This document shows, in pieces, positions 26,521-35,975 of a stretch of 64,000 nt of DNA; positions within the stretch are counted from its first letter, which is position 1, and each line of letters opens with the position of its first letter. The DNA is from an uncultured Pseudomonadota bacterium (GTDB lineage: Bacteria > Myxococcota_A > Polyangia > Fen-1088). Where the stretch lies: positions 1 through 64,000 of the forward strand of contig CAWKBC010000011.1 in assembly GCA_963847705.1 (NCBI GenBank), written 5' to 3'. Both the position numbers and the translations under genes were made by a program. The notes under the pieces were generated by a model. That model had not been told where the DNA came from. It saw only the letters and a program-made list of their open reading frames with translations, and did no database searches.

Positions 26521-26634
26521 CTGCTGCGCGTTCAGCACCCCGGCCCGACCAACTGCTGGCCGACCAGCAGCTCTGCGCGGATCGTGATGAGAAGCCGGGG
26601 CTGCCGGCGGGAGATTCGTGGCACGACCGCTGCA
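26521..26634 (+). promoter_or_regulatory. Sigma54 promoter with paired activator boxes
   Basis: TGGCAC-GACCG-CTGCA at 26619-26634; CTGC-N10-GCAC at 26521 and CTGC-N10-GCAG at 26553. Confidence 0.7.
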
Positions 26635-26653
26635 TCGCGCATCGGTCGAGGAG

Positions 26654-27022
26654 ATGGTCCACATTCGAATGAAAATCCCAACCTTTCTGGTGCTCACGAC
26701 GATTCTGTTCCTGACCGCCGGTCGCGCCGCGGCGCAGAGTCGCGACGGTGCGACCGACGCGCGGACCGACGGGCTGGCTGACGCTGCTCGGCCTACGGAT
26801 GCACGCGGGTCAGACGCCGCCGCCGTTCATGATGGGGCGGCAGATGGCGCGCACGGTGGCGCAGCACCCCACGACGCCGCGCCGGCGCCCGTCACGCCGT
26901 TCTTCTTCAACGAGAGCCCCGGCTGCTCCATCGGTGGCGGAGCGGGCCGCGGGTCGTGGCTGCTGTCGCTGGGCCTGCTGCCGGTCGCCCTGGTCGGGCG
27001 CCGGCGGCGCCGTCACCCTTGA
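26654..27022 (+). CDS. Small secreted protein with MYXO-CTERM-like sorting tail
   Basis: RBS GAGGAG; signal peptide ending AAA-Q; Asp/Ala-rich body; C-terminal PGCSIGGG..WLLSLGLLPVALVGRRRRR. Confidence 0.7.
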   Translation: MVHIRMKIPTFLVLTTILFLTAGRAAAQSRDGATDARTDGLADAARPTDARGSDAAAVHDGAADGAHGGAAPHDAAPAPVTPFFFNESPGCSIGGGAGRGSWLLSLGLLPVALVGRRRRRHP

Positions 27023-28440
27023 ACGGCCGGCGCGGCCGCGGCGTCCTCTGGCGCCTTCTCCGGACGCCCGACGGCGGCGGGCGCGGCCTGGCGGCGCGCG
27101 TCCTGCGGACGCAGGAGACCCAGGTTCTCCCGGTAGGTCGCGCCTTCATATTCGCGGTGGAAGAGGCCACGCCGCTGCAGCTCGGGGACGACCAGCTCCA
27201 CGAAGTCCTCGAAGCCTCCTGGCAGAAGGGGCGGAACGACATTGAAGCCGTCCGCTCCACCCTGCGTGAACCACTCCTCCAGGACGTCGGCCACCCGGGT
27301 CGGCGAGCCGATGACCTGGAGATGCCCACGCGCCACGCCGAAGCGGAGGACCAGCTGCCGCACGGTCAGGTTCTCGCGGCGCGCCAGCTCGATGAGCTGC
27401 TTCATGCGCCCCTTGCCGTTCTCCGGCTCGGGGAGATCGTCGGGCAGCGGACCGTCGAGATCCAGCTTGGACGCGTCGATGCCGAACTGGAGGAGACCAC
27501 GCGCGAAGTCGACCAGGGACTGCAAGCTCTCGAACTTGTCCCGCGCTTCTTGGTCGGTCCGGGCGACGACCACCGAGAGGCCCGGCGTGATCTTCAGCTG
27601 GTCGGGCTCGCGACCGTACTTGGCCATCCGTCCCTTGACGTCACGGTAGTAGTCCTGCGCGACATCGAGCGACTGCGCCGAGGCGTAGATCATCTCCGCA
27701 ATTTCAGCCGCGAACTCGCGGCCGGTGTCCGAGTTTCCGGCCTGCACCAGCACCGGATAGCCCTGGATCGGGCGCGCGATGTCCAGCAGCCCCTCCGACG
27801 AGAAGTGCTTGCCCAGGTGGCGCACGGGGTGCGCGGAGCTGGTCTCGAAGAACCGGCCGGTCGACCGGTTCGGGCGATCGAACGCGTCGTCGTCCCAGCT
27901 GTCCCACAGCTGCTTGGAGAGCGCGACGAACTCGGCCGCCCGCTCGTACCGCTCGGCGTGGGTGAAGGGCCTGGGGAGCCCGAAGTTCCGGGCGGTGGCC
28001 GGGGAGAGCGACGAGACGACGTTCCATCCGGCCCGACCGCCCGAGAGATGATCGAGCGAGGCGAAGAGGCGCGCCACGTTGTAGGGGTGCTCGAAGTTCG
28101 TGTTCACCGTCGCCACCAGCCCGATGTGCCTGGTGTGGGCGGCGATGTACGACAGCAGGGAGATCGGCTCGAACTGGAACGCCACGCCCATGCGGCTGTG
28201 CGCCTCCAGATCCTCCGCCGAGCGGCCAATGAAGTCGGCGAGAAAGAAGGTGTGGAGCTTGGCCCGCTCGGCCAGGACCGCCAGCTTGGTCCAGTGGTCG
28301 ACGTCGGGGCGGCCGTCGCCGGAGGCGCTCGGGTGGCGCCAGGCCGCCGGGTGGTGCCCGAAGCGCATGAAGAAGGTGTTCAGGATCAGCTGTCGTCGAG
28401 CTTGTCTCGGGGCTTCTCTTGCGGCTCTCTGCCTCGGCAT
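27013..28440 (-). CDS. LLM-class flavin-dependent monooxygenase, NtaA/SnaA/DszA family
   Basis: GHHPAAWRH, FFLAD, FEPISLLS, SLDHLSGGRAGWNVVSS, QAGNSDTGREFAA and VVPELQRRGLFHREYEG. Confidence 0.9.
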   Translation of the reverse strand: MPRQRAAREAPRQARRQLILNTFFMRFGHHPAAWRHPSASGDGRPDVDHWTKLAVLAERAKLHTFFLADFIGRSAEDLEAHSRMGVAFQFEPISLLSYIAAHTRHIGLVATVNTNFEHPYNVARLFASLDHLSGGRAGWNVVSSLSPATARNFGLPRPFTHAERYERAAEFVALSKQLWDSWDDDAFDRPNRSTGRFFETSSAHPVRHLGKHFSSEGLLDIARPIQGYPVLVQAGNSDTGREFAAEIAEMIYASAQSLDVAQDYYRDVKGRMAKYGREPDQLKITPGLSVVVARTDQEARDKFESLQSLVDFARGLLQFGIDASKLDLDGPLPDDLPEPENGKGRMKQLIELARRENLTVRQLVLRFGVARGHLQVIGSPTRVADVLEEWFTQGGADGFNVVPPLLPGGFEDFVELVVPELQRRGLFHREYEGATYRENLGLLRPQDARRQAAPAAVGRPEKAPEDAAAAPAVQG

Positions 28441-28507
28441 GATGTGTCTCCCTCTGCGATCGCCGGCTGGTCTCACCGGCCGGCGGAAACTTTGAGTTGG
28501 CCCCCGG

Positions 28508-31084
28508 TCACCACCAGCGCGCCAGCAGCGAGATCCCGATGGTCCGCGGATCCCCCCAGATCGCAACGTCGCCCGTGGAACCGGCCGCCCCGGGCAAGGC
28601 GTGCTGGCGGTAGCGGACGTCGGCCAGATTGTCGGCGTAGAGCGTGAGCGAGACCTTGTCGTCGGGGCTGAACAGCGCGATGCGCCCGTTGATGAGCGAG
28701 TAGGCCGGCGCCTGCAGGAGTGGATCGGTCTGGTTGGTGGCGTAGTAGAACTGCCTGGTCTGGAAGTGCCAGTCGCCCGCGAAGACCAGCTTGGGAACCC
28801 GTCCGGAGCCGAGCGGGAACCGGTAGTCGGCGGTCAGGATGGTGCTCAGGTGGGGGGAGCGGACGAACTGGTTGCCCGAGTAGTTGGGCCCGCCGTTCAG
28901 CACGTGGAAATCGGTGAACTTGGTGTCGAGGAGGCCCAGGCTGCCGCCGACGTGCAGGTTGGAGATCGGCAGCGAGTCGACCTCCAGCTCGCCGCCGTTC
29001 GCGCGCCCGGCGGAGACGTTCTGCAGGTACGAGACGGCGGTGTTCGTCGGGGGCAGCGGCCCCACCACGTTGACCTGAATGTTCTGGTAGTTGTAGCGGA
29101 ACGCGGTGGCGTTCACGATCAGCCGGTTTCTGAACCAGCTGGTCTTTGCGCCGAGCTCGAAGTCGTCCAGCGTCTCGGGCTGAACCACGTTCAGGGCGGA
29201 CAGCGAGGTGGCCGCCGTGTTGTATCCGCCGGACTTCACGCCGTGCGCGTACTTGAAGAAGATCAGCGCCCGCCTGGTGATTTCGTACTGCGGCGTGATG
29301 TCGCCGGTCAGGTTGTTCCAGGTGTTGGAAGGGTTCGAGGTGAACCAGTTGGTGAGTGGCGTCGCCACCGACTGGGGCAGCCACCACTGGCCAATGTCGG
29401 AGAAGACGGCCGACGTGCCGGCGGGGGTGGCCTCGCGAAAAAAGTTGAGACTGCGCGTCTCCGTCGTCAGGCGCAGGCCGCCGGTGACGTTGAAGCCGTC
29501 GAGGATCTTGACCGTCGCGCTCCCGAACCCCGCCGCGCTGTTGGCCAGTTGCGAGAAGCTGGTGCGCGCATAGTTGGCCCCCCCCGGCCCTTCCATGGGC
29601 AGCCCGGGAAGCTTGCCCGACACCGCGTCGCTTTCGATGTTCTCGTGAAAGAAGAACGCCCCGGCGATCCAGTTGACCCGCTGCTGGCGAGGCGAGGCGA
29701 GGCGCACCTCCTCGGAGAGCTGGTACGAGCGCGCTTGACCCCAGCTGCGGCTGATCTCGATCGGCGTGTAATCCGAGTCGCCCTGATTCTGGTCACGGTA
29801 GTCCTCGTACGCGGAGATGGAGGTCAAGCTGTAGCCGGCGAAGCGCCACTTGACGTTGATGAAGGCGCCGTTCTGGGTCAGGTTGTCGCTGGTGGGGGCG
29901 TTGGTGTCGACGGTGTTGATGTCGGTGCTCGGGACGTAGCCCAGGAGGTAGGCGCCGTTGGCCGCGTTGCTGGAGGTGGTGTTGAGGGCGCCCTGGGTGC
30001 CGTAGTGCCGATAGTGCACGTTGCCGAGCACCTCGAGATCCGGCGTGATCTTTCCGAGGAGCTGCAGCCGCACGGCGCCGTCCTGGAACTGGCCGTCCTG
30101 CAGCCCCGTGTACTGGTTCTCGAATCGCCCCCCCCGGGACTCGACGTGGAAGGCGATGCGCGCCGCGAGGTGATCCTTCCAGATGGTGTCGCCCGCGGCC
30201 CCCTCCAGGATGCGATCATTGAAGGTTCCGTCGTCGAACCTGAGGTACCCGTCGGAGTCGAACTCCGGCTTGCGGGTGACGATGTTGATGGCGCCGCCGG
30301 TGGTGTTCTTGCCCCACAGCGTCCCTTGTGGACCGCGCAGCACCTCGACGCGATCGAGATCGAAGAGCGGAAACCCAGTGGAGCTGGCGTTGCTGATGTA
30401 GACGTCATCGAGATAGAACCCGACCGGGTTCGAGAAGTCGATCTGCTGCTGTCCGGTCCCGACGCCGCGGATCCACCAGCGCGGCCGGCCGTGGAGCTGG
30501 GTCCCCGCCGAGGCGTTCGGCACGTAGTTGAGGACCTCGCTGGCGGAGCGGCCGATCTGGTTCTCCGTCAAGGCATCTCCCTGCAGGACGCTCAGCGCGC
30601 TCGGCACCGACTGGGCGGTCTGCTCGCGACGCTCCGCGGTGACCACGACCTGCTTGAGGGCCGTCGTCCCTTCACCCTGGGCCTTCGGCTCGGTCCCGGT
30701 GCTCACCGGCGTCTCCAGCGTCTGGCTGCTCTGCGGCGCCCCCGCCGTGGAGGGCGCCGGCGCGGGAGCCGGGCTGGGGGCGACCGGCGGTGGCGCGGCC
30801 GCGTCCGGCGAGGCGGCGACCGGCGCGCTGGCATCCGGCGAGCCGGCGTCGAGCGAGGGCGACCCGGCGGCCGCTGGCGCGGCGACGGCCACCGGCGATC
30901 CCGACGACGTCGGTGCGGCGGCGGCCACACCGACGAGGCTCAGCGCGAGGGCGCCAAACAGAGCGCAGATCCCCAGACGCAGCCCGCGCGCGCGCCCGCT
31001 CGCCTGAAGGTTGTCGCTCTGCTCTGCGAAGGGATGCTCCGCTCCCTCCTGGGGCTCTGCTGCCGGATGATCGGTCGTGTCCAC
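28508..31084 (-). CDS. TonB-dependent outer-membrane receptor
   Basis: GTG at 31084 after GAGGA; TonB box VVVTAERRE; plug motif DLDRVEVLRGPQGTLWGKNTTGGAINI; aromatic C-terminus. Confidence 0.92.
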   Translation of the reverse strand: MDTTDHPAAEPQEGAEHPFAEQSDNLQASGRARGLRLGICALFGALALSLVGVAAAAPTSSGSPVAVAAPAAAGSPSLDAGSPDASAPVAASPDAAAPPPVAPSPAPAPAPSTAGAPQSSQTLETPVSTGTEPKAQGEGTTALKQVVVTAERREQTAQSVPSALSVLQGDALTENQIGRSASEVLNYVPNASAGTQLHGRPRWWIRGVGTGQQQIDFSNPVGFYLDDVYISNASSTGFPLFDLDRVEVLRGPQGTLWGKNTTGGAINIVTRKPEFDSDGYLRFDDGTFNDRILEGAAGDTIWKDHLAARIAFHVESRGGRFENQYTGLQDGQFQDGAVRLQLLGKITPDLEVLGNVHYRHYGTQGALNTTSSNAANGAYLLGYVPSTDINTVDTNAPTSDNLTQNGAFINVKWRFAGYSLTSISAYEDYRDQNQGDSDYTPIEISRSWGQARSYQLSEEVRLASPRQQRVNWIAGAFFFHENIESDAVSGKLPGLPMEGPGGANYARTSFSQLANSAAGFGSATVKILDGFNVTGGLRLTTETRSLNFFREATPAGTSAVFSDIGQWWLPQSVATPLTNWFTSNPSNTWNNLTGDITPQYEITRRALIFFKYAHGVKSGGYNTAATSLSALNVVQPETLDDFELGAKTSWFRNRLIVNATAFRYNYQNIQVNVVGPLPPTNTAVSYLQNVSAGRANGGELEVDSLPISNLHVGGSLGLLDTKFTDFHVLNGGPNYSGNQFVRSPHLSTILTADYRFPLGSGRVPKLVFAGDWHFQTRQFYYATNQTDPLLQAPAYSLINGRIALFSPDDKVSLTLYADNLADVRYRQHALPGAAGSTGDVAIWGDPRTIGISLLARWW

Positions 31085-31139
31085 GAATTCCTCGGGTTGG
31101 TTGGCGGGATCCCCAAAGTGGGCCCGCGGCCCGCGCCTG

Positions 31140-31425
31140 TGCAACGCGTGCGCCAGCCTCGACGTGCGAGGCAGAGGGCGGGCGATCGGAGGGTCCGGTG
31201 GGCCAAGGACGGGTCAGGGGATCGCGACCTCTGACCGCCGGCGCGCTCCTCTGCTGGCACAGAGACAGGATCGAGCCTCGCTGTCCCTCCAGCAGCAGCA
31301 CGCCCGCAGCGGTCCTACGCGCGTGGCCCCGACCTTGAACTGGGAGGCGCTGCCAGGGAGCCCATCCGAACGGGCGAGCGGAACGAAGAGGCGATCTGAG
31401 GACAAGGTTGCTGCCTGACCAGCAA
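31140..31425 (-). promoter_or_regulatory. Sigma54 promoter and activator boxes of the receptor-monooxygenase operon
   Basis: Minus-strand TGGCGC-ACGCG-TTGCA at 31140-31155; boxes CTGC-N10-ACAG (31251), CTGT-N10-GCAG (31281) and TTGC-N10-GCAA (31408). Confidence 0.75.
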
Positions 31426-31463
31426 CCGGTTCACCTCGACTGCGCGCCCGTCAGCAGACGCGG

Positions 31464-31982
31464 CTACCCGGACCCGGATGGTTCGGCGCCGGTCGTGCAG
31501 GCAATGTCGCAGGGATGCGAATGGCTGTCGTCCGTGCTCGATTCGACCTTTCTGGTCACTCCGGCCTGGAGGTACGCGATGTCGTAGCCCGAGAAGGTGA
31601 GCGTGTGCGTGTGCCCGGTTCCGCCGTCCTCCAGCAGGTAGGGCGCCTCCTGGTGGCCGCGCGCGACGTCGCTGCCCGGGACGGTCAATGGGTGCGTGTG
31701 GTTGAGCACCACTTCAACCACGCTGGTGCACATGGTTCCACCGTCCAATCCGTCGGCCTCGCTAGCATCGACGCTCGCTGAGCCACCCTGACCGCCGCCG
31801 CCCGCGGCAGCGCTGCCTCCAGCCGCTCCCGCGCCACCCCTGCCTCCGGTCCCGCCGCCGTTGCCGCCATCGCTGCAGCCGCTCAGGGTCACTGCGGCCC
31901 AAGCGAGCATCGAGCCGAGGAAGGTCTTCCGGTCGATCGTCGGGGGTGCCGACACGCCGTTCAAGTTACCACGAACCGTCAC
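31464..31982 (-). CDS. Tat-like lipoprotein with HxH metal-binding motifs
   Basis: DRKTFL Tat-like motif, LSGC lipobox, Gly-rich linker, then NHTH..GHTHTL..SHSHPC. Confidence 0.65.
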   Translation of the reverse strand: MTVRGNLNGVSAPPTIDRKTFLGSMLAWAAVTLSGCSDGGNGGGTGGRGGAGAAGGSAAAGGGGQGGSASVDASEADGLDGGTMCTSVVEVVLNHTHPLTVPGSDVARGHQEAPYLLEDGGTGHTHTLTFSGYDIAYLQAGVTRKVESSTDDSHSHPCDIACTTGAEPSGSG

Positions 31983-32083
31983 GGCGACATGAGGGTCGCG
32001 GGCGAACCGCTGGCGTTTGAGCGCGCGCTTCGTCCATTCTTTCTGCTGTTCTTGTAGTCTTGGCCGGGGAGCCCCGCTCGCGC

Positions 32084-33286
32084 ATGAAACGGAAAATAGC
32101 GGTCGTGGGAGCCGGCTCCGCAGGCCTCCTGACGGCGACGCACCTGTGTACCTGGCTGGATTCCTCGTGGCAGGTCTACTCCGTCCACGATCCGCAGACG
32201 AAGATCCTGGGGATTGGCGAGAGCACCAACGGCGCCTTCATCAGCGTGCTCGAGCGTGGCACGAACTTCTCCCTGGCCAGCGCCCACGATCTGGCCGCGC
32301 TGGACGCCACGCTCAAGTTCGGGAGCAGGTTCGTCGGCTGGCGCGCAGAGCCCTGGATCAACCCTCTTCTCAGCGGAAACGTGGCGATCCACTTCAACAA
32401 CCGTCGTCTCAAGGACTTCGTTTTCCAGCGCCTGGCCGCCTTGTGGCCCGACCAGTTCAGCGTGCTCGAGGCCAGGGTGGAAGAGGTCCAGAGCTACGCG
32501 GACCACGTCAGCCTCGGCACCGACCGTGGCGTTTTCGATTTCGACTACCTGGTGGACTGCCGGGGGACGCCGTCGACGTTCGACAGCTACACCATGAGCG
32601 ACTGCACGCTCGTCGATCGCTGCCGCATCCACACCGTCCGGGACGACCAGTACCAGCCGTTCACCGACCACATCGCCACGCGCGACGGCTGGATGTTCGG
32701 CGTCCCGCTCGAGGGCCACAAGACCTACGGCTACCTCTACGACCAGTCCATCACCGAGCCGCAGGCCGCCGACGAAGAGATGATGCGGCTCCTCGGCGCG
32801 CCGAGCCTCGACGCGGGCGCGTACGATGAGTGCTACGCGTTCCGCTGCTATCACGCGAACGAGCTGATCTCGGGCCGCGTATGCAAGAACGGCAACCGAG
32901 CGCTCTTCTTCGAGCCGCTCATCGCCAACTCGATGTTCCTCTACATCTACGCCTCCCGCCTCATCTACGACCACGTCGCGGGCGGTCAGGAGGCTGGCCG
33001 CTGCAACGACCTGTTCGTCAAGGCCGTGCAGGAGATGGAGGACGTCATCAGCTATTACTACCAGGGCGGCTCCCTCTTCGAGACCGAGTTCTGGCGCGCC
33101 TCCGCCGCCCGAGCCCGCGCCCGGCTGGAGCGACGCCCGCAGCTCGCCGAGTACCTGCAGAAGCTGGCGAGCCTGAAGAAGCGCGGCATCATGAACGCCG
33201 CGCCCGGCTACGCGCTGTCGCCCCATTCGTGGCAGATCGTGGACGCCGCGCTCGGCTATCGCTCGTTCGAGCACCCTTCGGAATGA
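32084..33286 (+). CDS. Tryptophan-halogenase-family flavoprotein (short, ~400 aa)
   Basis: VVGAGSAG, GIGEST, ATLKFG (position of the catalytic Lys), VDCRG, GWMFGVPL and FFEPL. Confidence 0.75.
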   Translation: MKRKIAVVGAGSAGLLTATHLCTWLDSSWQVYSVHDPQTKILGIGESTNGAFISVLERGTNFSLASAHDLAALDATLKFGSRFVGWRAEPWINPLLSGNVAIHFNNRRLKDFVFQRLAALWPDQFSVLEARVEEVQSYADHVSLGTDRGVFDFDYLVDCRGTPSTFDSYTMSDCTLVDRCRIHTVRDDQYQPFTDHIATRDGWMFGVPLEGHKTYGYLYDQSITEPQAADEEMMRLLGAPSLDAGAYDECYAFRCYHANELISGRVCKNGNRALFFEPLIANSMFLYIYASRLIYDHVAGGQEAGRCNDLFVKAVQEMEDVISYYYQGGSLFETEFWRASAARARARLERRPQLAEYLQKLASLKKRGIMNAAPGYALSPHSWQIVDAALGYRSFEHPSE

Positions 33287-34155
33287 GGCCCCAAGATCGC
33301 ATGCGCTTCGTCCCCGCCGTCCTCCAGCCACCGGTCCTGTCGGATGGTCCACTTTGGTTCGTCGTCCGGGGGAGCGGCATCGTCGTGCGCGCGGATGGGA
33401 ACACCGTGGCGCTGCCGTCCACCGCCGAGCTCGCGCGCTGGGGCCTCGACCAGGCGCAGGCCCACTACCTGGGCCGGATCGACGAGCGAGACTGTTTCGC
33501 CATCGAGGCCGGCGCCGTCGAGCCCGCTGCGCCCTGGGCAATTGAGGGGCTGCGCGCGCTCCATGACCGTCTGGACGAGGTCGTGTTCGGAGTCGCGGGA
33601 CGCGCCCTGCAGCTCGTGCACTTCGCCTCGGTCCATCGTTTTTGTGGGCGCTGCGGCACAGCGACCGCGCGCGCCGTGGGCGAGCGCGGCCTGCGCTGCC
33701 CGGGGTGCGAGCTGACCGTCTATCCGCCCGTCTCGCCCGCCATCATCGTGCTGGTGCGCCGCGGCGCGGAGGCGCTGCTGGCGCGCTCGGCCCGCTTCAC
33801 CACCGGCTTCTACAGCACGCTGGCCGGCTTCGTCGAGCCGGGCGAGTCGCTCGAGGAGACGCTGCGGCGCGAGGTGCGCGAGGAGGTGGGCGTCGAGGTC
33901 ACGAACATCCGCTACTTCGGCAGCCAGCCCTGGCCCTTCCCGCACTCGCTGATGGTGGGGTTCGTCGCCGATCACGAGAGCGGTGACATCGTCGTCGACG
34001 GCGAGGAGATCGAGGACGCGCGCTGGTTCCGCGCCGACGCGCTGCCGCCGGTGCCGCCCAGGCTCAGCATCGCGCGCAAGCTCATCGACGCCTGGGTCGA
34101 CGAAGTCACCACCGGAGGCCCGACCTCTCGCTATCCGCGCAGCTCCTCGGCGTAG
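33283..34155 (+). CDS. nudC: NADH pyrophosphatase / NAD-decapping Nudix hydrolase
   Basis: HRFCGRCG..CPGC zinc ribbon, AGFVEPGESLEE..REVREEVG Nudix box and SQPWPFPHS. Confidence 0.92.
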   Translation: MRPQDRMRFVPAVLQPPVLSDGPLWFVVRGSGIVVRADGNTVALPSTAELARWGLDQAQAHYLGRIDERDCFAIEAGAVEPAAPWAIEGLRALHDRLDEVVFGVAGRALQLVHFASVHRFCGRCGTATARAVGERGLRCPGCELTVYPPVSPAIIVLVRRGAEALLARSARFTTGFYSTLAGFVEPGESLEETLRREVREEVGVEVTNIRYFGSQPWPFPHSLMVGFVADHESGDIVVDGEEIEDARWFRADALPPVPPRLSIARKLIDAWVDEVTTGGPTSRYPRSSSA

Positions 34156-35111
34156 GCGAACAACGCGGGCGAGCCGCCGGTGTGCCAGAAGATGACCGAC
34201 TCGCCGGCGCCGAATTCCCCGCGGCGAATGAGATCGACGAGGCCAGCCATGGCGCGGCCGGTGTAAACCGGGTCGAGGAGGATCCCCTCGTGCCGCGCGA
34301 CCAGGGCGATCGCCTCCCGCTCCGGTTGACCCATGATGGCGTAGCCGGCGCCGAGGTAGCCGTCATGGGCGACGACCTCGGCGGGCGTCACCGACGGCTC
34401 GAGACCGAGGCGCACGGCCAGCGGCGCGGCGATGGCCGCCACGCCGGCCTGCAGCTCGGCCCGCGAGCTGTCGATGGCGACGGCCGCGATCTGCGCCGAA
34501 AAGCCCAGGGCCTTGGCGCCAACGCACAATCCGGCCTGCGTGCCAAACGAGCTGCTGGCGAGCACCACCCGATCGGGGCGTACGCCCACCTCGTCGAGCT
34601 GTCCGGTCAATTCTTCGAGCGCCGCGACGTATCCCGCCGCCCCGATCTCGTCGGAGGCGCCGACCGGGATCAGGTAGGGGCGGTGGCCGGCGGCGGTCTC
34701 GGCGGCGACCACCTCGCGCGCGACGACCTCACGATCGCGCCCGCCCGTGAACACCAGGCGCGCCCCCAGCAGGTGGTCGAGCAGCAGGTTCCCGTTGGGG
34801 AGTGGCGGCGGGTCGCCACGGAGGACCAGCAGGCAGCGCAGCCCGTGCGCGGCGGCGGCCGCGGCCGTCTGGCGCGCGTGGTTCGATTGCACGGCGCCCA
34901 GCGTGACCAGCGTGTCCGCGCCCTGGCGCAGCGCCTCGCCCAGGGTGAACTCCAGCTTGCGCGTCTTGTTGCCGCCCAGCGCCAGCCCGGTCTGGTCATC
35001 GCGCTTGATCCAGAGACGCGGGCCGCCCAGGGCGCGGCTGAGGCGCGGCATCTCGTGCAGCGGCGTCGGCAGGCAGGCCAGGGGGACGCGCGGCAGGTGC
35101 TCGGTCAGCAT
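34131..35111 (-). CDS. D-cysteine desulfhydrase / ACC deaminase family PLP enzyme
   Basis: PTPL, IKRDD..GGNKTRKLEF, QSNHAR, LDPVYTG and FWHTGG. Confidence 0.88.
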   Translation of the reverse strand: MLTEHLPRVPLACLPTPLHEMPRLSRALGGPRLWIKRDDQTGLALGGNKTRKLEFTLGEALRQGADTLVTLGAVQSNHARQTAAAAAAHGLRCLLVLRGDPPPLPNGNLLLDHLLGARLVFTGGRDREVVAREVVAAETAAGHRPYLIPVGASDEIGAAGYVAALEELTGQLDEVGVRPDRVVLASSSFGTQAGLCVGAKALGFSAQIAAVAIDSSRAELQAGVAAIAAPLAVRLGLEPSVTPAEVVAHDGYLGAGYAIMGQPEREAIALVARHEGILLDPVYTGRAMAGLVDLIRRGEFGAGESVIFWHTGGSPALFAYAEELRG

Positions 35112-35173
35112 GCGGTACGTTTAGCGCGGGTGGGGGTCTTCTTCGAGCCGGCCCGACCGTTCGCCGGTGATGC

Positions 35174-35962
35174 TCAAGATGTCGTACGACCCGGCCTCCA
35201 GTTCTCGGACCAGACGTAGCGCCAGCGAAGCTGGAAGGGGACCGCCCCATCCTGCTCGAACCTTCCAAACAGATCCGACAGCTGGGCGACCATGCCGTCG
35301 CGTCGGACATCTCCTTCGGCAGGGGCGACTGACGTCGAGAGAAAGCGTCCCCGCAGACCGTCCCATGTCAGTCCGAACGTGTGGTCGCCCATGTCGCGCT
35401 CGTGGAAGGTGTTTCCCGCGAAGAAGATCTGCAGGCCCCGGGAGACGCGCTCAGCCTCATGAAACGGCCTCATCTCGTCGGCAGCCAGCAGGGCGACGAA
35501 ATCGGCGTAGGCCCGCATGAACTCATTCGGCTCCGATGCGTGCGCGTGGCCCACGATCAACAGACGTCCGCCTGGCCGGAGAATTCGCGTCACCTCGACG
35601 CGCGCGGCCTCTGCATCGAAGTAATGGAACGCGTTCCCGGCCGCGACCAACGTCACGGTCGAATCGCCCAGGGACGTTCGCTCGGCTGTTCCCGCGATGC
35701 TCGTGTGCTGGGCGCCGAAGCTACTCAGAGACGCCTGGGCCACCTCGCGCATCCCCGCTTCGGGCTCAACAGCGAGCACCCGGTTTCCGCGCGCCAGAAA
35801 CCATCGGCTCAGCATCCCGGTCCCAGCCCCGAGGTCGGCCACGACGTCATCTGGGACGAGCGCGACGCTCTCCAGCGCGGACCGGATCACGACGTCGGGG
35901 TAATCCGCCCGGTATCTCGCGTAATCGGCCGCCTTGCCGCGGAAGAAGTCCGGGGTGCTCAT
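35174..35962 (-). CDS. Class I SAM-dependent methyltransferase
   Basis: YARYRADYP, VADLGAGTG, AVEP and AFHYFD. Confidence 0.85.
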   Translation of the reverse strand: MSTPDFFRGKAADYARYRADYPDVVIRSALESVALVPDDVVADLGAGTGMLSRWFLARGNRVLAVEPEAGMREVAQASLSSFGAQHTSIAGTAERTSLGDSTVTLVAAGNAFHYFDAEAARVEVTRILRPGGRLLIVGHAHASEPNEFMRAYADFVALLAADEMRPFHEAERVSRGLQIFFAGNTFHERDMGDHTFGLTWDGLRGRFLSTSVAPAEGDVRRDGMVAQLSDLFGRFEQDGAVPFQLRWRYVWSENWRPGRTTS

Positions 35963-35975
35963 CGGCTCGAAGCGA

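Noticed and set aside
31156-31463. Cobalamin or SAM riboswitch upstream of the TonB receptor
   Set aside because: No recognisable B12-box or S-box. The region lies upstream of the sigma54 promoter and is explained by activator boxes.
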